From Faecalibacterium sp. UBA1762 (GTDB lineage: Bacteria > Bacillota > Clostridia > Oscillospirales > Ruminococcaceae): a DNA stretch of 64,000 bases. The translations under genes were made by a program, and so were the position numbers. Every line of letters begins with the position of its first letter. The first letter of the stretch is position 1. The DNA is taken from assembly GCA_002314755.1 (NCBI GenBank), contig DCHC01000016.1:16135-80134 (forward strand), in the 5' to 3' direction. Below the pieces are notes generated by a model. It ran no database searches. It was not told where the DNA came from and saw only the letters and a list, made by a program, of their open reading frames with translations. Below are positions 18,875-28,611 of the stretch, one piece after another.

Positions 18875-19609
18875 TCAGGTCATCACCAGCGGCAGCTCCT
18901 GCCCGGTCAGCCGCAGGGCGATCCGGTGAAAGATCTCCCAGTCGCGGCCGGTGGCAGGCAACGAACTGCCGTTTGCCCCGGCCAGGGCAATATCCACACT
19001 TTCGGGCACGACCCCAAGCAACCGAACCCCAACTTGATCAATGCACCAGTCCAGGTCTGGTATTCCCATCCGGGCAAGCCGCTCTGTCTGCAAGCGGTTG
19101 ATCACCATGCGCTGGTTGGTTACACCCTTATCCCAAAGCAAATCGCTTACCACACGGGCATCCCGCACGCAAACCGGATCCGGCGTCACCACTAAAACTG
19201 CGGTGTCACATACACCGGCAGCGGCACAAAAGGGCGCCTCCAGCCCGGCGGCAGTATCAATAATAATCTGTTCAAAATGCGGCTTCATCCGATGACAAAA
19301 ACATTCCAGCGCGTCCGGTCGTACCACACCGCCGCTGACCGGCGCGCTGATCACCGACAGGTTGGGATGCAGCGGACTTTTGACTACCGCTTTACTGCCG
19401 TCACATATGCCGGAAAGGACATCCTCAATATCGTACACCGTTTTGCCGTACACCCCGGATATGATATCCACACTGCGCAACGCACTATCCAGCTCCACCA
19501 AAAGGGTGAGCTTTCCCTGTGCTGCCAGCTGTGAGGCAAGATGAACTGCGACCGTGCTTTTCCCGGTTCCGCCCTTGCCAGAGGTTATCATCGTAATGCG
19601 GTTACTCAT
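18875..19609 (-). CDS. MinD/ParA-family P-loop ATPase (MinD-like)
   Basis: Deviant Walker A SGKGGTGKST. Collinear with MinD, and positioned after PBP2 in the mre cluster. Confidence 0.78.
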   Translation of the reverse strand: MSNRITMITSGKGGTGKSTVAVHLASQLAAQGKLTLLVELDSALRSVDIISGVYGKTVYDIEDVLSGICDGSKAVVKSPLHPNLSVISAPVSGGVVRPDALECFCHRMKPHFEQIIIDTAAGLEAPFCAAAGVCDTAVLVVTPDPVCVRDARVVSDLLWDKGVTNQRMVINRLQTERLARMGIPDLDWCIDQVGVRLLGVVPESVDIALAGANGSSLPATGRDWEIFHRIALRLTGQELPLVMT

Positions 19610-19723
19610 GCCGGCTTTGTCCTTTCATATACTTTCATTGTATCATAGTTGTTCACAAAAAAGCAATACCAATACTGTGCAAAATACGCGATATCAACAA
19701 AATGTTTTAGGCGGTAGGTACGG

Positions 19724-21811
19724 TCAGCCAAGCAGGGTATTTTCCTGTATCACCGCCAGAGAACCATCCTTACTGAAGTAATACGCGTCAAAAATATCCA
19801 CAACCGCCTGGGTCAACCAGTAACTGTTGGCGCATTTTTCCACAACCACGGCAACCGCGATCTCCGGGTCCTCGGTGGGCCCGTAGGCCAGCAGCGTACT
19901 GTTGGTCACAGTTGCGCTCTGCTGCGGGGTGCCGGTCTTGGTGGCGATTCTATAGGGATAATTGCCCAAATAGGGGCTGGAGGAACCCAGGATCGAGGCG
20001 GCGACCATGCCCTCCTCCACCACTTCAAAAGCATTGTTCTTATCCTCCAGCTGACCCCATATCTCCACGGGGATCTCGGTGATCTGGCTGTAATCGGCAT
20101 TGACGGTAGCTCCCACAAAGTGGGTCTTGTACCGAACGCCGTGATTTGCCAGCGCAGCGGTCCAAGTCGCGAGCTGTACCGGGGTCAGATAGGTGTCCAA
20201 CTGGCCGATGGAGGCCTGCAGAATATCGCCCTCCTGCCAGCTTTCCACCTCCAAACCTGCGTCAATCTGCGCCTGCCGGGTCTCCGGACTGGAAAGGCTG
20301 CCCTCCGCCTCACCGATCTCCACGCCGGTCTTTACACCCAGACCCAGCGTGCTTGCGGTATTGACCAGGGCATGGGCGCCCACCCGACGGCCCACATCGT
20401 AAAAAAAGATGTTGCAGCTGGTCTGCAGGGCGTCTACCACATTGATAGGCGCATTGCCGTGGCCGTGCATCAGACAGCCGGGGGTATAGGTCGGGGCGTA
20501 ATAGGTGTAGGTGCCACCGCAATAAACCGTGCTGCTGCGGTCTATTTCACCGGTCAGTAACCCTGTCAGGGCGGTACAGGTCTTAAAGGAGGAGCCCGGC
20601 CGGTAGGTGCCGTACAGTGCCCGGTTAAATAGCGGCCGTAGGCTGTCCTCCAGATAGTCGTAATAGCTGATAGAGTACAGGTTCAAATCATAGCTGGGAT
20701 AGGTGGCACACGCCAGGATTCCGCCGGTTTTACAGTCAATGACCACTGCGGCGGCGCCCTCTGCCTCGCCCAATGCCTTTTGAGAGGCGCTGATACTTTG
20801 TGTAGCGTAACCCGAAATGGTCGCCACCAGCTTTTCCAGCGCGACATTTACCTGGCCCTGCAGATAGCTGTCCACCGTCAGTACCAGAGTATCCCCCGGG
20901 ACCGGCTCCTGCACGGTGGTGCGGGACAGGATGCTGCCGTCAGAGGCGCGGACTATTTGCTCAGTTCCGTCCACGCCCCGAAGCTCCTCTTCAAATGCTT
21001 TTTCCAGACCACTTTTCCCGATGGTGTCATTCATGTTGTACTGGCCCTTCAGCTCCTCGTACTCCTCTTTGTATATCGGACCGATAGAACCCAGCACATG
21101 GGGCATCAGGCTGCCGTCCGCGTAATATCGGACAGATTCCTCCTCCACCTCAACACCCACCAGCTCGCGGGAGCGTTCCCGGATCGCCGTGACGGTCTTG
21201 ATGGAGACATCCGTCGCCAGGGTAAACGGGGTGACTGTGGAATATTCCCGCAGCTCCATCTCATACCGGATGCCGCACAGAATTCTTTGCACGTCCGTAT
21301 CGTACTTTTCCAGCTCATACCGGCGCACCATCTGATTCCAAACATTTTCCGCCGTCGCCACGGTAGAAAGCCCCAGCAGTGACTTCATCCTTTCCACCGC
21401 GTCGGTGTCTACCGCGCCGCTCTCCTCCCGGCTATCCTCACCCACAAAGCTCCATGGCTGACTGCGGGAAAGCGGCATGGTATCGCTCCAATTTTCGCCG
21501 GAGCTTTGCAGTATTTTTACCACCTCATAAAGGGTGTCGTTTAGCCGGTCGTCCGGCAGATACAGTCTGTTCAGACTGATATTGTAGCCGACCCGGTTCC
21601 CGGCGATCACCCGCCCGTACCGGTCGACCATCTCTCCCCGGGCAGCGGTGACGGTCTGGCGCACCGTCACGGTATCGCTGGCCTGGCTGAGCAGCTCTTC
21701 ACCGTATACGACCTGCAATTTCAAAAGCCGCACCGTAAACACGGAAAACACTGCAACCAAAATCACAATCAGAAAAACACACCGTATCAGAACCCGTTTC
21801 TGCGCGCTCAC
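19724..21811 (-). CDS. mrdA: Penicillin-binding protein 2 (elongation transpeptidase)
   Basis: N-terminal TM segment and SSFK (SxxK) motif. Follows mreD. GTG start preceded by AGGGAGG. Confidence 0.85.
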   Translation of the reverse strand: MSAQKRVLIRCVFLIVILVAVFSVFTVRLLKLQVVYGEELLSQASDTVTVRQTVTAARGEMVDRYGRVIAGNRVGYNISLNRLYLPDDRLNDTLYEVVKILQSSGENWSDTMPLSRSQPWSFVGEDSREESGAVDTDAVERMKSLLGLSTVATAENVWNQMVRRYELEKYDTDVQRILCGIRYEMELREYSTVTPFTLATDVSIKTVTAIRERSRELVGVEVEEESVRYYADGSLMPHVLGSIGPIYKEEYEELKGQYNMNDTIGKSGLEKAFEEELRGVDGTEQIVRASDGSILSRTTVQEPVPGDTLVLTVDSYLQGQVNVALEKLVATISGYATQSISASQKALGEAEGAAAVVIDCKTGGILACATYPSYDLNLYSISYYDYLEDSLRPLFNRALYGTYRPGSSFKTCTALTGLLTGEIDRSSTVYCGGTYTYYAPTYTPGCLMHGHGNAPINVVDALQTSCNIFFYDVGRRVGAHALVNTASTLGLGVKTGVEIGEAEGSLSSPETRQAQIDAGLEVESWQEGDILQASIGQLDTYLTPVQLATWTAALANHGVRYKTHFVGATVNADYSQITEIPVEIWGQLEDKNNAFEVVEEGMVAASILGSSSPYLGNYPYRIATKTGTPQQSATVTNSTLLAYGPTEDPEIAVAVVVEKCANSYWLTQAVVDIFDAYYFSKDGSLAVIQENTLLG

Positions 21812-21844
21812 TCTGCCGTCACCTCCCTTTCTTCAGCCTTTTCT

Positions 21845-22369
21845 TCACTCTTCTCTGCCCAACCGACTGATCAGACCGCAAATCGGATACAACAGGGTGG
21901 ATACCGCCACGGTATACACCACCGTCGGGATCACGGTCCCCCAGAAGTAGACACCCCGCTGCGGAATATTAAACAGCACATAGCTAAACAGAAACTCCAC
22001 CCCGGTGACCAGGATCAACCATACCAGACTCAGCGCAGCCGCATTAAAAAAGGTACGGCGCAACCACAGTTGAATGATACCGCTGATCAAAAAGCAGCCT
22101 ATCAGCATGCACCCGGCGTGAAAGCCGGACAGGGTACCGGCTGAAGCATCCCAAAGAAGACCGGCAAAAATGCCGAAAATGGCGCTGGGAAAGGAATTTT
22201 CATAAGCCGCCACCGTCAGACAGAGCGCCGCCAGCCAAAGCGGCCGGATGCCGCCCATGCTGCACAGGCTTTGATTGGTATGCAAAACCCAGGCAAAGAT
22301 CAGAAGCAGCGTATAAAAAAACCAACGCGCAAACAGCAAAAATCGCTTTTTGTGTATATCCTGCTGCAC
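21845..22369 (-). CDS. mreD: Rod shape-determining protein MreD
   Basis: 174-aa polytopic membrane protein immediately downstream of mreC. Confidence 0.75.
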   Translation of the reverse strand: MQQDIHKKRFLLFARWFFYTLLLIFAWVLHTNQSLCSMGGIRPLWLAALCLTVAAYENSFPSAIFGIFAGLLWDASAGTLSGFHAGCMLIGCFLISGIIQLWLRRTFFNAAALSLVWLILVTGVEFLFSYVLFNIPQRGVYFWGTVIPTVVYTVAVSTLLYPICGLISRLGREE

Positions 22370-22414
22370 TCCGCTTTCTCCTCTCCTTTCTATCCGGCAG
22401 CGCCATCCTGCACT

Positions 22415-23428
22415 TTATTCTGCCTTATTCTCCTCTTCCGGTGCGGTTTCTCCGTTTTGCAGCCCGTCGGTGGTCCCCGCATCCTGCGACTGGGTCTCGT
22501 TCTGCTCAGTGCCGGGCGCGCCGGGCAGCTGTGTACTGTCAGAGATATCAGCAGTATTGTCCGCCGAGGGGGCGTCTACTGCGGCAGCCTCCCCCTGGTC
22601 GGTAATGACAAACACACTGGTTATACTGCTGATATCCGCTGCACTGTCCAGCACGGCATACATACTCTTTCCGCTGGTCTCCGGCAGCACATCCGCCACC
22701 GTTCCCACGATCAGACCGGAGGGAAACACCCCACCCAGCCCGGTCGTCACCACCAGGTCACCGGCAGCGGTCAGGGTCTCCTTGGGTAGATAGCTCATCT
22801 TCAGCTGACCGCCTGCACACAGGGTGTTTTCACCCTCGGAAAGGCCGATATCTCTGGTGCGGCTGATCATACAGCCCATGCTGACGGAGGGGTCCAGAAT
22901 AGTCAGTACCTCGGCGTAGTTAAAGCCGACCTGTGATACTACCCCCACTATGCCCTCGGGGCTGACCACCACATCGTCTACGCTGATGCCGTCTGTCTGC
23001 CCACGGTCAATGGTAAAGGAGTAGTATCTTTCCAGGGGATCTCTTCCGATTACAAAGGCCGAGACCACCTCATATTCGTTGTAGGTCTCCTGAATTTTAT
23101 AATAGTCCCGGTACAACTGGTTTTCCGCCTTCATGTCATCGTAATCAATCATCTCGTTACGCAGCTTGAAAAGCTCCTGCTTCAACGCCTCGTTTTCGGC
23201 AAGGACATCGTCAATGGCAACGGTCCGGTCTTTCAGATCATCCAGACCGGTGCTGACCATTCTGCCCAGCTTTTGAAAAGGTACCAGTGCGCTGGTAAGC
23301 AGCTGCTGAGGGGCAGCGCTCCATCTGCCGTTGGCAAAAGCGTATGCCATAAAACCCGCCAGCAAAACCAGCAGGTATATCAGCACCTTACATTTTCCAG
23401 AACTGAAAAAATTTTTCATCCGTTTCAC
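22415..23428 (-). CDS. mreC: Rod shape-determining protein MreC
   Basis: N-terminal TM segment, coiled coil (ENEALKQELFKLRNE), beta-barrel core, and a low-complexity acidic tail. Confidence 0.85.
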   Translation of the reverse strand: MKRMKNFFSSGKCKVLIYLLVLLAGFMAYAFANGRWSAAPQQLLTSALVPFQKLGRMVSTGLDDLKDRTVAIDDVLAENEALKQELFKLRNEMIDYDDMKAENQLYRDYYKIQETYNEYEVVSAFVIGRDPLERYYSFTIDRGQTDGISVDDVVVSPEGIVGVVSQVGFNYAEVLTILDPSVSMGCMISRTRDIGLSEGENTLCAGGQLKMSYLPKETLTAAGDLVVTTGLGGVFPSGLIVGTVADVLPETSGKSMYAVLDSAADISSITSVFVITDQGEAAAVDAPSADNTADISDSTQLPGAPGTEQNETQSQDAGTTDGLQNGETAPEEENKAE

Positions 23429-23525
23429 CCTTTCATACGCCGCGCAAAAGATCGCCTATGCGGTCTGCAGTCTTGTATCCCCCATACGGCATAGACCAGA
23501 TAGCCGCGTATGACCTGCCTGTACC

Positions 23526-23561
23526 GAAAAAACAAAGGGCCGTTGCAATCCGCAACAGCCC
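23526..23561 (-). terminator. Hairpin terminator/attenuator between mreB and mreC
   Basis: Minus strand: ggggctgttgc-ggatt-gcaacggccc followed by tttgtttttt. Confidence 0.5.
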
Positions 23562-23656
23562 CGGCATTTCAAAATTGAAACGCAATCACCAAACCGGTTA
23601 CAAATTTTCCCAAAAGGGAATATTTGCTGTGCGTAAAATGCACCCGCAGGGTCCTA

Positions 23657-24673
23657 TCAGGATTTACGCTCGGCGTCTGCAACCACTTCACGCAGCAGAT
23701 CCAGGTTATCCAATACCGCGCCTGCGCCGGTAGCAACACAGTCCAGGGGGTTTTCTGCCACGTGCACATCAATACCGGTAGCCTCCCGGATCAGCTGATC
23801 CAGCCCACATAGCAGCGCGCCGCCACCGGTAAGGGTGATGCCGCGGTCAATGATATCAGCCGAAAGCTCGGGCGGGGTGCGCTCCAGCGTTTCCTTAATG
23901 GCATCGATCACCTGGCTAATGGATTCGCTCAGCGCTTCGCGGATCTCTTCACTGGTGATCTCCACATCCTTGGGCAGACCGTCCACCAAGTTGCGGCCCT
24001 TGATATCCATAGAGGTCTCGATCTCCTTGGGATAGGCGCTGCCGATCTCGATTTTGATCTGTTCCGCGGTGCGCTCACCGATCAGCAGGTTGTGCTTGCG
24101 CTTAATATAGGCGATAATTGCCTGGTCAAACTCGTCTCCGCCCACGCGAATGCTGCGGGCAGCTACCACGCCGCCCAAAGAGATGACCGCAACCTCGCTG
24201 GTGCCGCCGCCGATATCCACCACCATATTGCCGGTGGGGTCCTCGATAGGCAGACCTGCGCCCACAGCGGCGGCCATCGGCTCTTCCATAATCATGACCT
24301 GACGGGCGCCTGCATTTAGGGCAGCCTGGCTGACAGCGCGGCGCTCCACCTCGGTAACGCCGGATGGGATGCAGATAACAATGCGGGGACGGAACAACAC
24401 CGTATTGCCGCAGACCCGCTTGATAAACAGGCGCAGCATATTGGTGGTGATATCATAATCGGCAATGACGCCGTCCTTTAAGGGACGCACTGCCACAATG
24501 CTGCCGGGCGTACGACCGATTACGCGCTTTGCCTCGGCGCCTACGCACCGGACCGTATCTGTCTTGGTATCCACGGCAACCACGCTGGGCTCCCGCATAA
24601 TGATACCTTTTCCGCGCATGAAAATCAGGGTATTTGCGGTACCCAGATCAATACCGATATCTTTTGAAAACAT
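23657..24673 (-). CDS. mreB: Rod shape-determining protein MreB
   Basis: MFSKDIGIDLGTANT... actin-like ATPase motifs. ATG at 24673 preceded by GAGAGG. Confidence 0.95.
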   Translation of the reverse strand: MFSKDIGIDLGTANTLIFMRGKGIIMREPSVVAVDTKTDTVRCVGAEAKRVIGRTPGSIVAVRPLKDGVIADYDITTNMLRLFIKRVCGNTVLFRPRIVICIPSGVTEVERRAVSQAALNAGARQVMIMEEPMAAAVGAGLPIEDPTGNMVVDIGGGTSEVAVISLGGVVAARSIRVGGDEFDQAIIAYIKRKHNLLIGERTAEQIKIEIGSAYPKEIETSMDIKGRNLVDGLPKDVEITSEEIREALSESISQVIDAIKETLERTPPELSADIIDRGITLTGGGALLCGLDQLIREATGIDVHVAENPLDCVATGAGAVLDNLDLLREVVADAERKS

Positions 24674-24833
24674 CTTTGATAACCTCTCATTCTTTGTGTC
24701 AGAACCCATCTAACCTTATCTATTCAATTATAACCCGAACAAGCCAAATACACAACTGGAAAATGAAAAAAGTTTCTTAAAATTAAAGTGAAAAACAAAT
24801 TTTCCGCCTGTGATTGCTCTTTCAAGTGCATTT

Positions 24834-25403
24834 TTATTTCTCCGGCGTCCAGCCCAACCGGCAAAGCATCTCATACACCCGCCGCACCGGAAAGCCCATC
24901 ACATTATAGTAGCACCCGTCTATCCCGGTAATAAATCTGGCCGCCCAACCCTGTATCCCGTAGCCGCCGGCCTTGTCATAGGGCTCCCCGGTAGCCGCAT
25001 AGGCCTGTAGCTGCTGCTCCGGCACCGGCGCAAACCGCACCCGTGTCGTCTGAACATCCTGCAGTATTCCCTGCGGGCCGATAATACATACACCGGTGTC
25101 AACCAGGTGTTCCCTGTCCGAAAGCAGCCGCAGCATCCGGACAGCGTCCTCAAAATCCCGCGGTTTACCCAGCACGCTGCCGTCACAGTCCACCACCGTA
25201 TCCGCCCCGATCACATAATCCTGCGGGTGAAGCACCGCCGCAGCGCGGCATTTTTCCGTCGCCAGAACCCGAGCCAGCTGCGCCGGAGAGTCCGCGGTAA
25301 ATTTTTCCTCCTCAATCGGCACCGTACACACCGAAAAATGCGGGGTAATCAGTGCCAGCAGCTCTCTGCGTCGGGGGGAGGCCGAAGCAAGAAACAGTGC
25401 CAT
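24834..25403 (-). CDS. maf: Maf-like nucleoside triphosphate pyrophosphatase
   Basis: Start at 25403 (MALFLASASPRRRELL), preceded by AAGGAGAG. The listed longer ORF overlaps the upstream gene. Confidence 0.9.
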   Translation of the reverse strand: MALFLASASPRRRELLALITPHFSVCTVPIEEEKFTADSPAQLARVLATEKCRAAAVLHPQDYVIGADTVVDCDGSVLGKPRDFEDAVRMLRLLSDREHLVDTGVCIIGPQGILQDVQTTRVRFAPVPEQQLQAYAATGEPYDKAGGYGIQGWAARFITGIDGCYYNVMGFPVRRVYEMLCRLGWTPEK

Positions 25404-25491
25404 GTCCTTCTCTCCTTGTTTGTCTCCGGTCGTTCTGACCGTCCGGCGGATATCCGCAAGATCCGTATCTGCAGCAAATAAGCCGGGCGGA

Positions 25492-25764
25492 TCACCCCTT
25501 GCGGAATATGCGGCTAAACAACAGCATAGCCAGACCCACCGTAAAAATTTGGGCAACATATATGCTGAACTGCAGTCCGAAGGTCAGCTGCATCACCGAG
25601 AGATCCAGCACAAGCGGCGTATCCTGATTGATCCCCAGGCTCAAGTGATAGGCTATCCAGGAAAGACTGGCTTTTCCCTCACACAGGTGAGCTGCCAGCG
25701 CCCCCAGCACAATGCCGGAGATGAGAAAAAAGAGAAAGAAAAAATTTTGTTTAAATTTTTTCAT
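25492..25764 (-). CDS. Small membrane protein (DUF4321-like)
   Basis: 90 aa with two hydrophobic segments. Its start codon overlaps the U32 stop by 1 nt (TGATG), and it lies upstream of maf as in many Clostridia. Confidence 0.6.
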   Translation of the reverse strand: MKKFKQNFFFLFFLISGIVLGALAAHLCEGKASLSWIAYHLSLGINQDTPLVLDLSVMQLTFGLQFSIYVAQIFTVGLAMLLFSRIFRKG

Positions 25765-27896
25765 CAGATACTCCCTTCGGTGTAGTAAAGTCCCCGTGTA
25801 AACCGGGTGTCAAAGGCACACCCGTTCCGGAACATACCGGTGACCGCAGCCACCCGGTCGGCGGTTTCCCAGGTAAAATAAAGGGTCAGCAGATCACACG
25901 CCGCCTCGTGCTGACGGTCCCCCATCCAGATGGGAACCGGGTTGTAGATCTCCCTCACACTGCCGCGACAGATAACCGGCAGCTGCTCGCCCTTGCGGTC
26001 CAGCAACTTTCCGCGTTTGGTACAGCGGGCGCAGTCGGTAATGTTTTGCAATGGGCAGACCCTGGTCATCATCACCGGCAGCCTGCCGTAGGCAAGCAGA
26101 GAGGTTCGCACCGACAGCCCGGCAAACTGCGCCAAATCCACCACACGCACCTCCGGGCTGAGAGTCTGCTGAGATACGCCCAGCTGTGCTAACTCCCGGG
26201 CGGCAACTGGGTTAATGACGTTCAGCGCCCAGCCGCCCCATATCTCAATGTCACTGCCGTTTTTACGGGCGGCGCGCAGCAGCTGCAGATGACCGGGATT
26301 GTTGGCCTCAAAGCAGTTAAACCCCCCGCGGATAGCATCTTCCAGCCTGACTTGCAGCCGGTCGCTGTCGCCGAAATTTCCTCTGGGAAGCTCAATCACA
26401 CACTTTTTTCGGATATCTTCAGGTAACTGCGCCCTAATGCAACGCAGAGGCAGCACGACCCGGTAAAACAGGTCCGCCGTCTGCTCCGTCAGCTGACAGG
26501 GGTCCTCAAACCGCCCGATCAGCATTCGGTGTCCAGCTGCGTCCCGCAGGCCGGTCGGTACAGCGCCCTGTGGGGTGGGAAGCACCGCCGGTGAAAACGG
26601 CACCGGCCGGGCAGCAGCTCTTTTTTGGTACAGGCTCTCCAGAGCGGTGCGCCGCAGCTCGTTCACGTGGGAAAGAGACTGAAAAAACGCCTTCTCCCCG
26701 GTCAGGGTCAACCCGTTTTCCTGCAGGACAAACGGCGTACCCCCCGTTTTTGCAAGACTTTTTTCCAAAGCAGCCGGATAGCTTTCGCCGGGAGTCTGCT
26801 CCGACGGCTCCGTGCAATATGCCACTGCCGTTTGCACCCCGTCGGTCACCCGCAGCCTTGCTCCCTCTTGCTCCAGGGTCAGACTCATCTGCACCGGCAC
26901 CTTGCAGGGCGGGCGACGGTAATACTCCCGGATAGCGGGTGCCTCCGTCCTGGTGGCAACCGCATCCTCCGGGGTACGGATACCGAACATTTCCCGGGTA
27001 CGGTTACCGGTGAAATATCCGTCCGTAAAGCCGCTGCGGGAGAAAATCCGCTGCAGTTGTCCTTCGTCATAAGGCTGACCGTCTCTGGCAAGGAAGGCGG
27101 CATGCACCGCCGCAGCCACATATTCCGGTCCCCGCAGCCGCCCCTCTATCTTGACGCTTGACACCCCCATCGCCTCCAACTCCGGCAGGTGACTCAGGGC
27201 GGACATATCCTTCAGGCTCAGGTCATTACGCCCCGTCTGCTGTGCCGAACGGGCAGGGGGCGTTGTCCCCATAAAGGCGGCAAAGGGCAGCCGACAGGGC
27301 TGTGCGCAGCCGCCCCGGTTGCCGCTGCGTCCGCCCAGAAAAGCGCTCATATAGCACTGCCCGGAAACGCACATGCACTGGGCGCCGTGGATAAACGCCT
27401 CGGTCTCGATGCCGCAGCCCTGTGTGATGATTTTTATCTCCTCACCGCTCAGCTCCCGGGCAAGCACCACCCGATCAAAACCGTATTCCGCCGCCAGCCT
27501 TGCGCCGGCAAGGTCGCTGACCGCTAGCTGGGTAGAGGCGTGCATCCGCAACGCGGGCGCGCAGCTTTTTACCAGCCTTGCGACCGCCCAGTCCTGCACC
27601 AGTACCGCATCCGCCCCGGCAACGCAAATCGCCTGTATCGCCGCCTGCACTCCGGCCAGCTCAGCGGGCTGAACCAGGGTGTTCAGGGTGACATGCACCC
27701 CTACCCCATAGGCGTGGCACAGACTGACCGCCTCACACAGCTGCTCCGGCGTAAAATTACCCGCCCCGCGGCGGGCGTTAAACCCCTGCAACCCCAGATA
27801 CACACTGTCCGCACCGGCGTACACCGCTGCTTCCAGACTTTCCGGGCTGCCCACCGGCGCTAGGATCTCGATCCTCTTTTTCGCTACTGTATCCAT
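25764..27896 (-). CDS. Peptidase U32 family protein (long form)
   Basis: N-terminal EILAPVGSPESLEAAVYAGADSVYLG and a Cys-rich centre typical of the U32 family. Confidence 0.85.
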   Translation of the reverse strand: MDTVAKKRIEILAPVGSPESLEAAVYAGADSVYLGLQGFNARRGAGNFTPEQLCEAVSLCHAYGVGVHVTLNTLVQPAELAGVQAAIQAICVAGADAVLVQDWAVARLVKSCAPALRMHASTQLAVSDLAGARLAAEYGFDRVVLARELSGEEIKIITQGCGIETEAFIHGAQCMCVSGQCYMSAFLGGRSGNRGGCAQPCRLPFAAFMGTTPPARSAQQTGRNDLSLKDMSALSHLPELEAMGVSSVKIEGRLRGPEYVAAAVHAAFLARDGQPYDEGQLQRIFSRSGFTDGYFTGNRTREMFGIRTPEDAVATRTEAPAIREYYRRPPCKVPVQMSLTLEQEGARLRVTDGVQTAVAYCTEPSEQTPGESYPAALEKSLAKTGGTPFVLQENGLTLTGEKAFFQSLSHVNELRRTALESLYQKRAAARPVPFSPAVLPTPQGAVPTGLRDAAGHRMLIGRFEDPCQLTEQTADLFYRVVLPLRCIRAQLPEDIRKKCVIELPRGNFGDSDRLQVRLEDAIRGGFNCFEANNPGHLQLLRAARKNGSDIEIWGGWALNVINPVAARELAQLGVSQQTLSPEVRVVDLAQFAGLSVRTSLLAYGRLPVMMTRVCPLQNITDCARCTKRGKLLDRKGEQLPVICRGSVREIYNPVPIWMGDRQHEAACDLLTLYFTWETADRVAAVTGMFRNGCAFDTRFTRGLYYTEGSI

Positions 27897-27903
27897 AGAA
27901 AAA

Positions 27904-28284
27904 TCAGTCTTCCTGCCCTTTCATATAACCCACCTCGCGGCGCAGACGGTCGCACTCCTGCTGGCTTTTTTCCAGCTGAGCACGCAGCTCCCGCAGCTCT
28001 CTGGCTGCGTTTTCCGCCGTCAGCTGCGCGTTACGGGCGTCCTCCAGATAACCCTTCAGCTGACTGCGAAGATTGTCCGCTCCGGTGCTGGTACGGCTAC
28101 TTTCATCCATGGTCTCCAGCGCGCACAGCACGGCGGCACAAGTCACCGAGATCCGCTCGTTCCCCTGCATAATCTCGGTCATTTTCGCGTTCAGCTCTTT
28201 TGCCAGGTTTTCATAATACTCCGGGTCTCCCTCCACAGAAAGAGGATAGGTGGTCCCGCAAATTTCCACTTTTATTTTGTTCAT
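27904..28284 (-). CDS. zapA: Cell division protein ZapA
   Basis: N-terminal ZapA domain (KVEICGTTYPLSVEGDPEY) plus a C-terminal coiled coil. Confidence 0.8.
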   Translation of the reverse strand: MNKIKVEICGTTYPLSVEGDPEYYENLAKELNAKMTEIMQGNERISVTCAAVLCALETMDESSRTSTGADNLRSQLKGYLEDARNAQLTAENAARELRELRAQLEKSQQECDRLRREVGYMKGQED

Positions 28285-28518
28285 AGCCGGTTTCCTTTCC
28301 GTTCAGGCTGCATACGGTATGCCCTGCTATTATTAACTATCTCAAGGATTTTCTGCGCAAATAGCGCATCCGTCTGTTTATCGCAGCATCGTATTTTATA
28401 TTATATACGAAACAAACCGAAAAAGCAAAGAAATTTACCTGCTGAATAAGTAAAAATGCGCTGTTTTTCACCGGTTCCGTTCCGAATTCATTTTGCAAAA
28501 AAGAATTTGTGCTAACTG

Positions 28519-28547
28519 TTGAATTTTGCTTTATTTTTTTGTATAAT
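28519..28547 (+). promoter_or_regulatory. SigmaA-type promoter upstream of glgP
   Basis: TTGAAT (28519-28524), 17-nt spacer, TATAAT (28542-28547), in an AT-rich 327-nt intergenic region. Confidence 0.55.
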
Positions 28548-28611
28548 ATGACTATAAGCAGGTGATTTCTAAGCCTCGGGCTATCGGGGACAGTTCAGGG
28601 AGGACAAAGGA

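Noticed and set aside
18875-19609. ParA of a plasmid or integrated element
   Set aside because: There is no parB or centromere-like repeats. Composition matches the host, and the gene sits in the conserved mre/PBP2/mgsA cluster, so a MinD-like role is more likely.
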